Source of the DNA: a candidate division WWE3 bacterium GW2011_GWC2_41_23
Lineage (GTDB): Bacteria > Patescibacteriota > WWE3 > UBA101185 > UBA10185
Length of the DNA: 64,000 nt
Assembly: GCA_000996895.1 (NCBI GenBank)
Contig: LCBB01000002.1
Span: 27,596 to 91,595 of the forward strand
Direction: 5' to 3'
In this document: positions 48,179 to 58,964 of the stretch, piece by piece
Position numbering within the stretch: the first letter of the stretch is position 1
Layout of the letters: every line of letters starts with the position of its first letter
Program-made: the position numbers and the translations under genes
The notes under the pieces: generated by a model
What the model was told of the DNA's origin: nothing
Databases searched by the model: none
What the model saw: only the letters and a program-made list of their open reading frames with translations

Positions 48179-51100
48179 TTATTCTTCCGACTCCGCCTCC
48201 TGCTCGGAAATTTCTTCACTGGCTGTTTCTACAATTAATTCAGCAGACGGATCTGCTACTTCCGGTATAGCTTCCTCAGCCACTTCGGCCGGGCTTGAAT
48301 TTTCCTCTGAGGAATAAGCCTCAAGTCCCAAACCTAATCCGTTAAGTTTTCTGACTAGTAATTTAAATGTTTCAGGAACCGAGGATTCCGGAATTTCTTT
48401 TCCCTGCACCATCGCGCTGTAGGCCTGAGTTCTTCCCAGCATGTCGTCTGATTTGATGGTCAGTATTTCCTTAAGAATATTCGCGGCACCGTATGCTTCG
48501 AGAGCCCAAACTTCCATTTCCCCGAATCTTTGTCCGCCGAATTGAGCTTTACCTCCGAGAGGTTGCTGTGTAATCAAAGAGTAAGGACCTGTGGATCTGG
48601 CGTGCATCTTTTCTTCAGACATATGTATTAGTTTTAGAATGTAGGTATCTCCGACAACGATCTCGTTGTGGAAATATTCACCGTTTCTTCCGTCAATAAG
48701 TTTCATCTTTCCTGTTACGGGAAGACCTGCTTTTCGAAGTTCTGCCTCAATAAGCTCTTCGGGAATTTCCTGCAAAGAAGGGACTTCGTAAGTCTTACCT
48801 AATGTTTTTCCTGCCATTCCCAACGAAGCTTCCAATATTTGTCCGACATTCATACGTTTCAGAACTGCTTCTGAAGAAAATATAATGTCAACCGTAGAAC
48901 CGTCATCAAGCATAGGCATGTCTATTGAAGGAACGATTGCTGAAATAACACCTTTATTACCGTGTCTCCCCGCCAGTTTGTCCCCGACGTCAATTTTCTT
49001 TTGTTGGGCTACGTAAACCGTGATTCTCTCTATAGTTCCCGCGGGTAATGACTCATTGTCTTTTTTAGTAACTCTTTTTATTCCTATGACAACACCGTGC
49101 TCACCGTGTGGCATATATAAAGATGTATCACGTACATCTTTTGCCTTCTCACCGAAGATAGCTCTTAGAAGTCTTTCTTCAGATGTAAGATCCATTTCAC
49201 CTTTAGGGGCAACTTTACCGACTAGAATATCGCTGGATTTAACTTTGGAACCGATGGCAACTATCCCGTCCTCATCAAGATTTCTCAATGATTCTTCGGA
49301 AACGTTGGGTATGTCCCTTGTTATTTCTTCCGGTCCTAATTTAGTTTCCTGTACGGAAGTCTGGTAGTCGGATACGTGAATTGAAGTTAAAACATCTTCT
49401 TTCACAAGTCTGTCCGAAATAACAATTCCGTCTTCAAACTCCAAACCTTCATAAATCATGTAGGCTACTTTCATATTGGTTCCGATGGAAAGTTCGCCAT
49501 TATTTACTGCGGGTCCTTCGACAAGAACGTCTCCTGCTTTTACTTTTTGTCCTGTTTCAACGACTACATACTGGTTAAAACAAGTATCGCTGTTGGTCTG
49601 CTCAAATTTAGCGGCTGTGTATTCTACCTTGGAACCTTTTCCTCCGCGGCCGTATTTAACTACAACTCTTCTGGCATCGGCAAACTCAACAACCCCATCG
49701 TCATCTGCAAGAATAAGTGCGTTTGTATTACGTGCAATCTCACCTTCAATTCCTGTACCTATAATAGGCGTTTCAGGTCTGACCAAAGGAACAGCCTGTG
49801 ACATTTGCTGGGTTCCCATGAGTGCTCTTGCAATATCGTTATTTTGTAAGAAAGGAATAAGTCCTGCAGCTACGCCCACAACCTGTCGGGGAACAACTTC
49901 GATGTATTCAGCTAAAGCGGCATCGCCTAAGAAAAAGTTTCCACCTTTTCTCAGAGGAACTTGTTTATCAGTAATAAAACCTTTTTCATCCACCGCTACC
50001 GACTGGTCTGTAATGTGAGCGTTTTCTTCGTCGTAAGCAGCCAAATATACTATTTCGTCCGTTAATCTGACATCGCCTGACGGCTTTTTCTCGAGTTTAA
50101 TGTAAGGAGTTTCCAAAAATCCGTATTCGTTTACCTTGGCGTAAGAAGCTAGGTAGTTGATCAAACCAATATTCGGACCTTCCGGGGTTCTGACGGGGCA
50201 TACTCTTCCGAATGAGGAGTAATGAACGTCTCGTACTGAGAAACTCGCCCTTTCCTTTGTTAAACCCCCGGGTCCCAAAACTGAGAGTCTCCTTAAATGG
50301 TCGAGGGCGGTTAATGGATTTTGCTGATCATGAAGTTGTGACAGCTGACCGGTCGCAAAAAAACTGTGAACCGCTGCGGCTATAGCTCTGGGTGATATAA
50401 GAACACCAGGTTCGGGAAGAGTTTCCCGGGGTGACAAAGACATTCTCTCTTTGATATTCTTTTCCATTCTCAAAAAACCGATTCTCATCTGCCACTGTAA
50501 TAGCTCTCCCACGCTCTTTACACGTCTGTTTCCTAAAAAGTCGACGTCGTCGGGAACTCCTACTCCGTTATTTAGTTCTATTATTCTTGAAACTATTTTT
50601 AATAAATCCTCTAAGGTAAGCAATCTGTGGTCAGGATCATTTGGTATGTTTAAACCCAAGGATTTGTTTAATTTAAATCTTCCTACGTGGCCCATACTAA
50701 ACCTTCTTTTATTAAAGAACATGGCTGCCACAAGAGCTTTAGCGTTTTCCAACACCAGGGGCTCTCCGGGTCTCATTTTTCTGTATATTTCGATGCAAGA
50801 CTCCTCAAAACTGGATGCAGGATCCTTTGCCAAAGTCTCGTTTATGTAGTTTATCTCGGGATTAGATTCGACCCCTTCGAAAGCTTTTCTTATGTCTTCA
50901 TCTTCCTCAAGTCCGAAAACCCTCAATAAGGTAGTTACGGATATCTTTCTCTTTCTGTCTATCCTTACACTTAAAACACCGTTCCTTGAAGTTTCGAATT
51001 CCAACCAGACACCGCTCTTTGGCAGTATTTTTGCCCCGGCAAGAAACTGTCCCGTAACGGGAGACGGTTCTCCCGTAAAGAGAACTCCTTCTGCACGAAT

Positions 51101-51481
51101 TAATTGGTTAACGATAGTTCTTTCAACGCCGCTAATAACAAAAGTGCCTCTTTCGGTCATTAAAGGCAAATCGCCCATATATATATTGGATACTTTCTTC
51201 TTTTTTGTAAGTGGGTCTTCAATTGTGGCCTTGACGTACCAAGGCGCGTCGTAAGTTCTGCCGGTTCTCTTGGCTTCGGGTATGGATATATTTGCCTTCT
51301 CAATAGAAGGATCGGAAAGGGTAACTACCCATCCTCTGCCTGAGCTGTCCTCAACTGTACCCAACTCCTCAAGAATCTCTTTTAGACCCTCGGTCATGAG
51401 CCAGTTGTATGAATTTAATTGTATGTCTGCTAAGTTCGGAAGATTTAAAGCTATTTTTCTTTTAGAAAAGGTTTCTCTCAT
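48179..51481 (-). CDS. rpoB: RNA polymerase beta subunit
   Basis: TPEGPNIGLI, GDKLAGRHGNKG and GGQRFGEMEVWALEAYGA. Confidence 0.99.
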   Translation of the reverse strand: MRETFSKRKIALNLPNLADIQLNSYNWLMTEGLKEILEELGTVEDSSGRGWVVTLSDPSIEKANISIPEAKRTGRTYDAPWYVKATIEDPLTKKKKVSNIYMGDLPLMTERGTFVISGVERTIVNQLIRAEGVLFTGEPSPVTGQFLAGAKILPKSGVWLEFETSRNGVLSVRIDRKRKISVTTLLRVFGLEEDEDIRKAFEGVESNPEINYINETLAKDPASSFEESCIEIYRKMRPGEPLVLENAKALVAAMFFNKRRFSMGHVGRFKLNKSLGLNIPNDPDHRLLTLEDLLKIVSRIIELNNGVGVPDDVDFLGNRRVKSVGELLQWQMRIGFLRMEKNIKERMSLSPRETLPEPGVLISPRAIAAAVHSFFATGQLSQLHDQQNPLTALDHLRRLSVLGPGGLTKERASFSVRDVHYSSFGRVCPVRTPEGPNIGLINYLASYAKVNEYGFLETPYIKLEKKPSGDVRLTDEIVYLAAYDEENAHITDQSVAVDEKGFITDKQVPLRKGGNFFLGDAALAEYIEVVPRQVVGVAAGLIPFLQNNDIARALMGTQQMSQAVPLVRPETPIIGTGIEGEIARNTNALILADDDGVVEFADARRVVVKYGRGGKGSKVEYTAAKFEQTNSDTCFNQYVVVETGQKVKAGDVLVEGPAVNNGELSIGTNMKVAYMIYEGLEFEDGIVISDRLVKEDVLTSIHVSDYQTSVQETKLGPEEITRDIPNVSEESLRNLDEDGIVAIGSKVKSSDILVGKVAPKGEMDLTSEERLLRAIFGEKAKDVRDTSLYMPHGEHGVVIGIKRVTKKDNESLPAGTIERITVYVAQQKKIDVGDKLAGRHGNKGVISAIVPSIDMPMLDDGSTVDIIFSSEAVLKRMNVGQILEASLGMAGKTLGKTYEVPSLQEIPEELIEAELRKAGLPVTGKMKLIDGRNGEYFHNEIVVGDTYILKLIHMSEEKMHARSTGPYSLITQQPLGGKAQFGGQRFGEMEVWALEAYGAANILKEILTIKSDDMLGRTQAYSAMVQGKEIPESSVPETFKLLVRKLNGLGLGLEAYSSEENSSPAEVAEEAIPEVADPSAELIVETASEEISEQEAESEE

Positions 51482-51668
51482 TAAGTTTTCCTCTAAATTT
51501 GGCCGTAAAAAAAATTTTACTACAAAAATGCGCTTTTATTAAGTTTTTCCGTAATTTCAATATGAAAAGTGGACCTTCTCAATATGAAAATGAAGCTTTT
51601 TCCAATAGAAAATCGACCCCAAAGGTCTTATTTCACAAAAATATTGGAAATGCTTTAGAACAGTGCGA

Positions 51669-51697
51669 AAACTACCACATCCCGAAAAGGTTGTCAA
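51669..51697 (-). promoter_or_regulatory. Sigma70 promoter for the rpoB operon
   Basis: Minus strand TTGACA-17 nt-TAGTTT with an extended TG, about 180 nt upstream of rpoB. Confidence 0.55.
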
Positions 51698-51700
51698 CAT

Positions 51701-52249
51701 CTAATTTACGAACCCTGCCTTCCCTATCGGCCAAAACCGGAAAACCACCCTTCCGACGATATCCGAAGCTTCAACCATGCCGAAAACCCGAGAATCCAGA
51801 GAATTGCGCCTATTATCCCCCATTACTACGTAGTGACCCGCTTCGACTTCCACAGACCTACCCTCCAGCAAAAACTGACTTCCACCTACAGTACAACCGT
51901 TAGAACCCAGGTATTCCTCGTCCAGAGTAAACTGCTTACCATCACGGTAAATGTAAATTTTACACTCAAACACCTTAATGATGTCACCGGGTAACCCGAT
52001 GACCCTTTTTATAAAATGCTTAGAATCTTCGGTAGGGGGTACGAGCACAACCACCTCTCCTCTTTCATAATCTCTAAAATTTTTGGATATTTTATCTACC
52101 AGTATCCTTTCGCCTGTTTCGAAATTCGGTTCCATACTCGCCCCCCAAACTACCTCAACAGAACCTATCGTTATGTATAATATAAGAACTACGACAAGCG
52201 AAGTTAAAAATGATTCTGTTATTTCATAAAAATGTCTCTTTATATTCAT
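51701..52249 (-). CDS. lepB: Signal peptidase I
   Basis: GASMEP (Ser), IKRVIGLPGD (Lys) and MGDNRRNSLDSR. Confidence 0.93.
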   Translation of the reverse strand: MNIKRHFYEITESFLTSLVVVLILYITIGSVEVVWGASMEPNFETGERILVDKISKNFRDYERGEVVVLVPPTEDSKHFIKRVIGLPGDIIKVFECKIYIYRDGKQFTLDEEYLGSNGCTVGGSQFLLEGRSVEVEAGHYVVMGDNRRNSLDSRVFGMVEASDIVGRVVFRFWPIGKAGFVN

Positions 52250-52282
52250 GCAGGTTTTATGGTATTTATATAATATATAAAT

Positions 52283-53881
52283 ATGCAAAACAATGCTCAG
52301 AAAGAAATTACATCACTTAAGGATTTTTTTCAAATCGCAAAAGAAAACTGGGTTACATTCTTTTTACTTCTCTTACTAGTCTTAATAGCTTACGGAAATA
52401 TGGCCAGAGGTGGGTTCCTGAATATGGACGACGAAAAAGGTATTTTGTACAACCCGGATATCGGGAATGTAGGGAAAAACTTTAGTTCCGGAATGCTTTA
52501 CAGCATGGAGTGGTCTTTGGTACATTCCGTTTTCGGATTAAAACCGGGGGCATTTCATATGTTTTCGGTGTTTACCCACTACATTAATGTGGTGATTCTG
52601 TTTCTCTTTGCCTATGCGGTCTTTGACAAACAAAAAGCTTTCATAGCCAGCCTTCTATTCGCAGTACACCCTGTGGCAAGCGAAGCCGTGGGGTGGCTAT
52701 CGGCAATCCACTATCTGCATGTTGTTTTCTTTACCCTGATTACGATGATTTTTCACTATCTTTTCTGGAAATCAAGACAAAAAAAATACTACGTCGCAGA
52801 AATTGGCATCTTCATCCTAGCTTTGGTAGTACTTAGAAACGCGTGGGTACTCACGTTACCTTTCTCTATGCTTGTTTTTGACCAGCTTATACTAAGAAAA
52901 AAGATTAATCTTAAATCGGCTCTTTGGATACTTCCCTATTTCATTTTGGCGGGCCTTCACGCCTACATAAATTTATTCGGAGGTTTTACCGCCAGGGTTA
53001 CAGATCTAAAACAAGACTACTATTACAACCCGTACACAGCTACCCCCTTGTTAAATAGGACACCCTACATAGTCTTCACTGTAGCAAAGCTATTGATATC
53101 ACCCCTGCCGTTAACGGTCTACCACGAAGGAATATACATAAGTATTGTTTCTTATATGGCAATGATTGCGATCACACTCGCCGTAATAATAGGAATATTC
53201 AAACTATATAAGAAGGCTCCCCCAGTAGCAGGACTCGTCCTGATTATCCTCATCTCAACTCTGCCTTCATTCAGTCCGGTAGCAATTGCCTGGTTTATTG
53301 CTGAGAGATATTTGTACCTTTCGACAATGGCATTCTGTTTAATACTGGCTTTTTTCATCCCCTACTTAGAAAAATATACGGGAATAAAGAAATTCACCTT
53401 TTATACTGTTGCACTGTTGTTAGCTTTCTACACAATAAGAACGGCAATCAGAACCCAGGATTTATTAAGCACGAGTAACCTATGGCACGCAACTCAAAAA
53501 GTATCACCTTTCAGTTTTAGAGTTTACAACAATCTCGGAGATGTTTACGCGAAAGAGGGAAGATTTGATCTTGCCATAGCAAACTTCCAAAAATCAATTC
53601 AGCTGGACCCCACTTTCGCGGACGCCGTTCACAACCTAGGCTATGTATATTTACAAATGAAAGATTACGATAACGCCTGGAAGTATCTTGAACAATCTTA
53701 CAAAATGAATCCCAGAATGTTTGGGGCAACTTACAAAATGGGAGTGATAGCTTATTATAAAGGTGATTATGACACAGCCAGAGCGATGTGGAATAAAACT
53801 CTCGAACTCAACCCCGGAGATGCAAATGCTATTTACGCGCTGGATATGCTGGAGAAAGCTGTTTCCGAAGTAGCGCAATAA
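52283..53881 (+). CDS. TMTC-like GT-C membrane protein with C-terminal TPR repeats
   Basis: MDDEKGILYNP loop, LLFAVHPVASEAV and AERYLY; TPRs such as YNNLGDVY...AIANFQKSIQLDP and HNLGYVY. Confidence 0.8.
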   Translation: MQNNAQKEITSLKDFFQIAKENWVTFFLLLLLVLIAYGNMARGGFLNMDDEKGILYNPDIGNVGKNFSSGMLYSMEWSLVHSVFGLKPGAFHMFSVFTHYINVVILFLFAYAVFDKQKAFIASLLFAVHPVASEAVGWLSAIHYLHVVFFTLITMIFHYLFWKSRQKKYYVAEIGIFILALVVLRNAWVLTLPFSMLVFDQLILRKKINLKSALWILPYFILAGLHAYINLFGGFTARVTDLKQDYYYNPYTATPLLNRTPYIVFTVAKLLISPLPLTVYHEGIYISIVSYMAMIAITLAVIIGIFKLYKKAPPVAGLVLIILISTLPSFSPVAIAWFIAERYLYLSTMAFCLILAFFIPYLEKYTGIKKFTFYTVALLLAFYTIRTAIRTQDLLSTSNLWHATQKVSPFSFRVYNNLGDVYAKEGRFDLAIANFQKSIQLDPTFADAVHNLGYVYLQMKDYDNAWKYLEQSYKMNPRMFGATYKMGVIAYYKGDYDTARAMWNKTLELNPGDANAIYALDMLEKAVSEVAQ

Positions 53882-54812
53882 AGAATCCGTCGAAATACTT
53901 ATCCGGTAAAATCCTCGAAGCGCGTGAAATCCGCTCATCTAATTTATCTCCTTTGTGCAAAGTAAGACCCTGCACAAGCGTAAATTTTTTTATTCCGGTT
54001 TTTATCTCTACCATATCCAAGTCCGAAAATTTTTTAAGTGCCCAATTCACAACTGCTTCGTTTTCTTCGAAAGAATAGGTACACGTAGAATAAACCATAA
54101 GTCCGCCCGGCTTGAGCATGTTGTATCCGGAAGCAAGAATTTTCTTTTGTAGCATCGATATTTTTTTAGGAAGCTTAGGATTCCAAAATTTAAAAGAACC
54201 TTCATCCGAAAACCTAACATTACCTTCATTTGAACACGGAACATCGACTAAAACTTTATCGAACGTTCCACAAATCTGTGGGTATCTGGTACTCAAACCG
54301 ACTGCGTTGGATTTGATAGTTATCACGTGGGAGTATCCCTGTGAAAGTAAATTCTTTTTCATTGAATAGAAACGGGTAGAATTATTTTCAACAGCGTATA
54401 TATTTTCCGGCTCATCTGTAAGTGACGCTATATAAGAAGTTTTACTCCCGGGACTCGCGCACAAATCCAGTATCTTTTCTCCGGGTTTAGGATCCAGTAC
54501 GTTCACACCCAGCATACTGCTCAGTCCCTGAACATAAACAACTCCGTTTTTAAAAAGGTTGGTTTGTGAAATTTTTAATCCGTGAAGTGAAGATAAATTT
54601 ACGAAAGAACCCGCTAACGGGCCTTCGGTAATTTCAAACTCGGTCTCCCGCAACTTCTCCAACACTTTATCAACACCCGACTTCTTTGAATTTATCCTGA
54701 AAGTTTCGTACCTCGGACCGGAAATTGCATTCAAAACGTATTCTGCTTTATCGCCGAAAATCTCATTTAACTTATTAACGAACAACTCACGTTTCGTTAA
54801 GTTATTTTCCAT
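53829..54812 (-). CDS. RsmB/RsmF (NOL1/NOP2/Sun) RNA m5C methyltransferase
   Basis: LDLCASPGSKT, VLVDVPCS, VYSTCT..EENE and DGFFIA. Confidence 0.9.
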   Translation of the reverse strand: MENNLTKRELFVNKLNEIFGDKAEYVLNAISGPRYETFRINSKKSGVDKVLEKLRETEFEITEGPLAGSFVNLSSLHGLKISQTNLFKNGVVYVQGLSSMLGVNVLDPKPGEKILDLCASPGSKTSYIASLTDEPENIYAVENNSTRFYSMKKNLLSQGYSHVITIKSNAVGLSTRYPQICGTFDKVLVDVPCSNEGNVRFSDEGSFKFWNPKLPKKISMLQKKILASGYNMLKPGGLMVYSTCTYSFEENEAVVNWALKKFSDLDMVEIKTGIKKFTLVQGLTLHKGDKLDERISRASRILPDKYFDGFFIALLRKQLSPAYPARK

Positions 54813-54829
54813 GACAGTGCTTTAATTTA

Positions 54830-57388
54830 CTAACGCAAGTTTTGCCCATGACAAAACTTATACTTCTTCCCGCTCCCGCATGGGCACGGATCATTTCTTC
54901 CGACTTTAACTTTACCTGACAATACCTGCTCTACTTTCAGAGTCCTCCCCATCTGATCTACCACCCTCGGACTGGAATTTCCCGATGCTTCTTCAGCCAC
55001 ACCGGTTTCCAGCTCGCCGTGCTGATAGCTTAATCCGGACAAAAGATTATTTTCCGCCGAAGACGCCCTTACTACGGTGCCTTTACTTGCCTTACTCAAC
55101 CTCTCCCCCACAAAAGCGTAAATACGCCCCAGTAAAATCTCAAACCTTTCGTGTCCCTCTTTTTTATATTCCACCATCGGATCTCTTTGGGCGTAGCCTC
55201 TTAATCCTATGCCGTCACGCACCTGATCCATATCAACAAGGTGATCCATCCAAAAATTGTCTATAACCGGCAAACTCCAGTCGGATAAAATATCGAGCCA
55301 GGTATCTTCTCCAAATTCTTTTTCTTTTTCGGTCCAAAGTTCTTCTGTCAGAACGGACGAGGATGCAAGTTTCTGCATTAACCAATCTTTATGTTCGGTA
55401 GTACCTGATTCAAGTTCTAATATTCTTCTTCTCAAAGAATAAATAACTTCACGGTGTACATTTATAACGTCGTCCATTTCAACAACTTGTTTTCTGCGGT
55501 CGAAGTTAAATCCCTCTACTCTTTTTTGAGCATTCTCTATAGACCTGGTGACCAGTCCTGCTTCCAATGGAACTGTTTCGTCGATACCAAACCTGTCCAT
55601 CATTCTGCTGACCTGCTCGCCGCCGAAAATTCTCATGAGGTCATCCTGAAGTGACACAAAGAATCTGGTTTCTCCCGGATCTCCCTGCCTACCCGAACGT
55701 CCTCTTAACTGATTATCGATTCTTCTCGAGTCGTGTCTTTCAGTTCCTATAACATACAAACCGCCTGCTTCTACAACTTCCCTTTGTTCATCCCCGACTG
55801 CAGGATCTCCTCCCAAAATAATATCGACTCCTCTTCCCGCCATGTTAGTTGAAATAGTCACCCCGCCTCTTCTTCCTGCCTGGGCAATTATCAATGCCTC
55901 CCGTTCGTGGTTCTTAGCATTTAATATTTCGTGCGGAACTTTTCGTCTCGACAAAAGTTCGTGAAGTTGTTCGCTTTTTTCAACAGAAGTTGTTCCCACC
56001 AAAACCGGCTGTCCTTTAGCATGTCTTTCTACTATATCATCAGCTACGGCTTTGAATTTTGCGCTCTCCGTTTTATAAACAACATCGTTCTGATCTTTTC
56101 TTGTATTTGGTTTGTTGGTAGGAATTACTACAACATCGAGTTTGTAAATTTTGTAAAATTCTTCGGCCTCGGTAGCAGCGGTACCTGTCATACCGGCGAG
56201 TTTCTTATACATTCTAAAATAGTTTTGATAAGAAATTTCCGCTAAGGTTTTTGATTCCTGCTGTATTTCCACTCCTTCTTTTGCTTCAATGGCCTGGTGA
56301 AGCCCGTGAGAAAACCTGTTGCTGGGTAATAATCTTCCGGTGAATTGATCGACAATAACAACCTTCCCGTCCTTAACAACATAATCCCGGTCTTTTTCAT
56401 AAAGAGCGTGAGCGGTCAGAGCTTCCTCCATTAAATGGACCATTTCGAAATCCTGCTCATACAAATTGTTTACTCCCAGCAATCTTTCAACACGTCTAAT
56501 ACCGAGATCGGTTAATGTTACGTTTTTATATTTTTCTTCAACTTCGTAATCAGAATTTTTCGCCAAAGTTTTAACAATACGGTCGGCGTCGAAATATCTT
56601 GAAGATGGTTTGGCATCAGCCGCTGAAATTATTAAAGGCGTCCTTGCTACGTCTATTAATATGGAGTCGACCTCGTCAACAATGGCAAAGTTGTGAACAC
56701 CGAACTCTCCGTTAGGATTTGTCTGCACCATGGAACCCAGCGAACGAACCATGTTGTCCCTAAGGTAATCGAAGCCGAACTCGTGATTTGTTCCGTAAAC
56801 AATTCCGCATTTGTAAGCGTCCTGTCTGGAAACTTCCCGTAAATGCACTGCATAGATGTCGTCGAATTCAGTTCCTTCAAAACTTTTGTCGTAAACAAAA
56901 GCCCTCTCCTGCATGATTACCCCGACACCAATTCCGAGATAGTCATAAATGTCGCCCATCCAACCTGCGCCGTGCCTGGAGAGATAATCGTTGGGGGTAA
57001 CCAAATGAGCTCCCCGCCCCGTCAAAGAATTTAAAAACAATGGTAAGGTCGCCGTAAGAGTTTTTCCTTCTCCTGTCTTTTGTTCGGAAATCTTGCCTTC
57101 GTGTAAAACCACACCCGCCATCAACTGAACGTCGAAATGGCGTTTTTCCAAAGTCCTGACCGATGCCTCGCGTACAAATGCAAAAGCTTCGGGAAGGATT
57201 TTTTCCATAACTTTTTTCTGAGCCTCGGCGTCTAAACCCGACAACTCTTTCTTCCATTCCTCTATTTTCAAAAGCATTTCTTCCCGGCTCATGTTTTTAA
57301 CAGATGGTTCGAAGGAGTTTATTGCAGCTACAAAGGGTTCTATCTTTTTCAGCTGTTTTTCGTTTGAATCAACAAATAACTTAAACAT
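54830..57388 (-). CDS. secA: Protein translocase ATPase SecA
   Basis: [33 protein letters not shown] and [23 protein letters not shown]. Confidence 0.98.
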   Translation of the reverse strand: MFKLFVDSNEKQLKKIEPFVAAINSFEPSVKNMSREEMLLKIEEWKKELSGLDAEAQKKVMEKILPEAFAFVREASVRTLEKRHFDVQLMAGVVLHEGKISEQKTGEGKTLTATLPLFLNSLTGRGAHLVTPNDYLSRHGAGWMGDIYDYLGIGVGVIMQERAFVYDKSFEGTEFDDIYAVHLREVSRQDAYKCGIVYGTNHEFGFDYLRDNMVRSLGSMVQTNPNGEFGVHNFAIVDEVDSILIDVARTPLIISAADAKPSSRYFDADRIVKTLAKNSDYEVEEKYKNVTLTDLGIRRVERLLGVNNLYEQDFEMVHLMEEALTAHALYEKDRDYVVKDGKVVIVDQFTGRLLPSNRFSHGLHQAIEAKEGVEIQQESKTLAEISYQNYFRMYKKLAGMTGTAATEAEEFYKIYKLDVVVIPTNKPNTRKDQNDVVYKTESAKFKAVADDIVERHAKGQPVLVGTTSVEKSEQLHELLSRRKVPHEILNAKNHEREALIIAQAGRRGGVTISTNMAGRGVDIILGGDPAVGDEQREVVEAGGLYVIGTERHDSRRIDNQLRGRSGRQGDPGETRFFVSLQDDLMRIFGGEQVSRMMDRFGIDETVPLEAGLVTRSIENAQKRVEGFNFDRRKQVVEMDDVINVHREVIYSLRRRILELESGTTEHKDWLMQKLASSSVLTEELWTEKEKEFGEDTWLDILSDWSLPVIDNFWMDHLVDMDQVRDGIGLRGYAQRDPMVEYKKEGHERFEILLGRIYAFVGERLSKASKGTVVRASSAENNLLSGLSYQHGELETGVAEEASGNSSPRVVDQMGRTLKVEQVLSGKVKVGRNDPCPCGSGKKYKFCHGQNLR

Positions 57389-57426
57389 ATCGAAAATGAT
57401 TATATCACCGCTAGGTTAAGCAGGTA

Positions 57427-58251
57427 CTAATAGAGATATAAAAATATAAGTAATAACGAGAGCGCCAAACGGTAAACTACGAAAACTTTGAGCCCGTGGG
57501 AGTTCAAATATTTCATAAGACCTGAAACTGCAAGATACCCGGAAACAGCGCTTGAAAGAAATCCGGATATTAAAATTCCCATACCTGCGCCTGAGTAATC
57601 TCCTAAAGCATCGGGGAGTTGAAAGATACCCGCGGCGGCAATTATCGGTATAGACAGTAGAAATGAAACCTTTGCTGCCTGTAATCTGTTCAACCCCGAC
57701 AAGAGACCTCCCGATATAGTTGCCCCCGATCTTGAAAATCCGGGAAATAAGGCGAGACATTGAAATAAACCTGAAGTTAAGATTTTCTTAAAACTCAGCG
57801 CAGGTGCGGGTAATGCTTTATCTACAAGCTTCGTTTTTTTCTCGGCTACGAGCATAAGAATTGAACCCAGTATTAAAAAAATGGCCACGCTTAACATACT
57901 TCTAAAAGTCGCTTCGAGAAAGTCACCGAGGAAATATCCTCCTAACCCTGCGGGTATGGTCGCGATAAGTAGCCACATGACCAACTTACTTTCAGGAGAA
58001 AATTGTGAAAAAAATCGGCCGTATTTCTTAAAATCCAAGAGCAGCGAGTTAAACATCCCACGGAGGTCTTTGTAAAAATAAACAAGAAGAGCTGTTAACG
58101 TACCTAAATGGAGCGTGGTATCAAAAGCCAAACCACCTTGTTCCCACCCCAGTAACTCGGGAAATATAATAAGATGCCCGGAAGATGACACGGGAATAAA
58201 CTCGGTTAAACCCTGAACTATACCCAAAACAACTGATTGAAAAAAAGTCAT
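57427..58251 (-). CDS. uppP: Undecaprenyl-diphosphatase
   Basis: QGLTEFIPVSSSGHL and PGFSRSGATI. Confidence 0.95.
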   Translation of the reverse strand: MTFFQSVVLGIVQGLTEFIPVSSSGHLIIFPELLGWEQGGLAFDTTLHLGTLTALLVYFYKDLRGMFNSLLLDFKKYGRFFSQFSPESKLVMWLLIATIPAGLGGYFLGDFLEATFRSMLSVAIFLILGSILMLVAEKKTKLVDKALPAPALSFKKILTSGLFQCLALFPGFSRSGATISGGLLSGLNRLQAAKVSFLLSIPIIAAAGIFQLPDALGDYSGAGMGILISGFLSSAVSGYLAVSGLMKYLNSHGLKVFVVYRLALSLLLIFLYLY

Positions 58252-58260
58252 TTATAAAGG

Positions 58261-58950
58261 TCAGACTTTTCCGTAGATTAATACGTTGTCTGAATTTGTG
58301 TAACCTGCAACTACTAAACAAGTAACGTTTTGCAAAAAATCACCAAGATATTCGATGAAGATATTTACATCGTCCTGATGGTGGTCAAGGTATATCCTGT
58401 TAAAAATTAAAAGACCGCCGGGTCTGACCATTTTCTTTACCGAAGTAATAAAATTCCCGGATTTTCCAAGATCCGGATACTTCTCGCCCTGAAAGATGTC
58501 GACAATACACACATTAAAAAACTCCGGCTTAAGGTCAAATTCCTCCGGTTCAATAACAACCCTCAGTGCGTCATCTATTATTACTCTATGGTTCGGGATT
58601 GAATCCAGATCGAAATAGTTTTTCGCGATATCCACCATAACAGGATCGATTTCGACGCTAACCATATTAGGAGCGTTGAATTTTTCGGAAATTAAGTGGG
58701 CCATTGTACCGCCGCCCAAGCCCAAAAGGAGTATATTTTTAAAATCCGGGGCGTTTTCTTCAAGGACTTCAATGACCTTTCCCCAAACAAGACGGTTAGC
58801 TGAGGGAGATGTATGTGATATCGATTGATCTATCTTGTCGACTTTGATTTTACGGGTCTTACCGACTTCCCAAACCTGCACCTTCCCGTTAAATTTCGAC
58901 TCTGTTTCGTATATGATCTTCGGCAACTGAATCCCGTCAAAAATGTTCAT
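58261..58950 (-). CDS. Spermidine-synthase-like SAM methyltransferase domain protein
   Basis: LLLGLGGG, VEIDP, DDA, VDIF and PGGLLIFN. Confidence 0.75.
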   Translation of the reverse strand: MNIFDGIQLPKIIYETESKFNGKVQVWEVGKTRKIKVDKIDQSISHTSPSANRLVWGKVIEVLEENAPDFKNILLLGLGGGTMAHLISEKFNAPNMVSVEIDPVMVDIAKNYFDLDSIPNHRVIIDDALRVVIEPEEFDLKPEFFNVCIVDIFQGEKYPDLGKSGNFITSVKKMVRPGGLLIFNRIYLDHHQDDVNIFIEYLGDFLQNVTCLVVAGYTNSDNVLIYGKV

Positions 58951-58964
58951 ATTGACCCATACTA

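Noticed and set aside
50270-50370. Intrinsic rifampicin resistance from the divergent RpoB cluster I
   Set aside because: The key positions equivalent to Q513, D516, H526, R529 and S531 are retained, so resistance cannot be claimed.
40466-51254. Long antisense ORFs (for example 40466-40951, 49476-50018, 50451-50849)
   Set aside because: Shadow frames of tuf and rpoB arising from codon bias; no coding features of their own.
51499-51903. 134-aa plus-strand ORF upstream of rpoB
   Set aside because: TTG start, overlaps lepB antisense and the rpoB promoter region, and has no recognisable motif.
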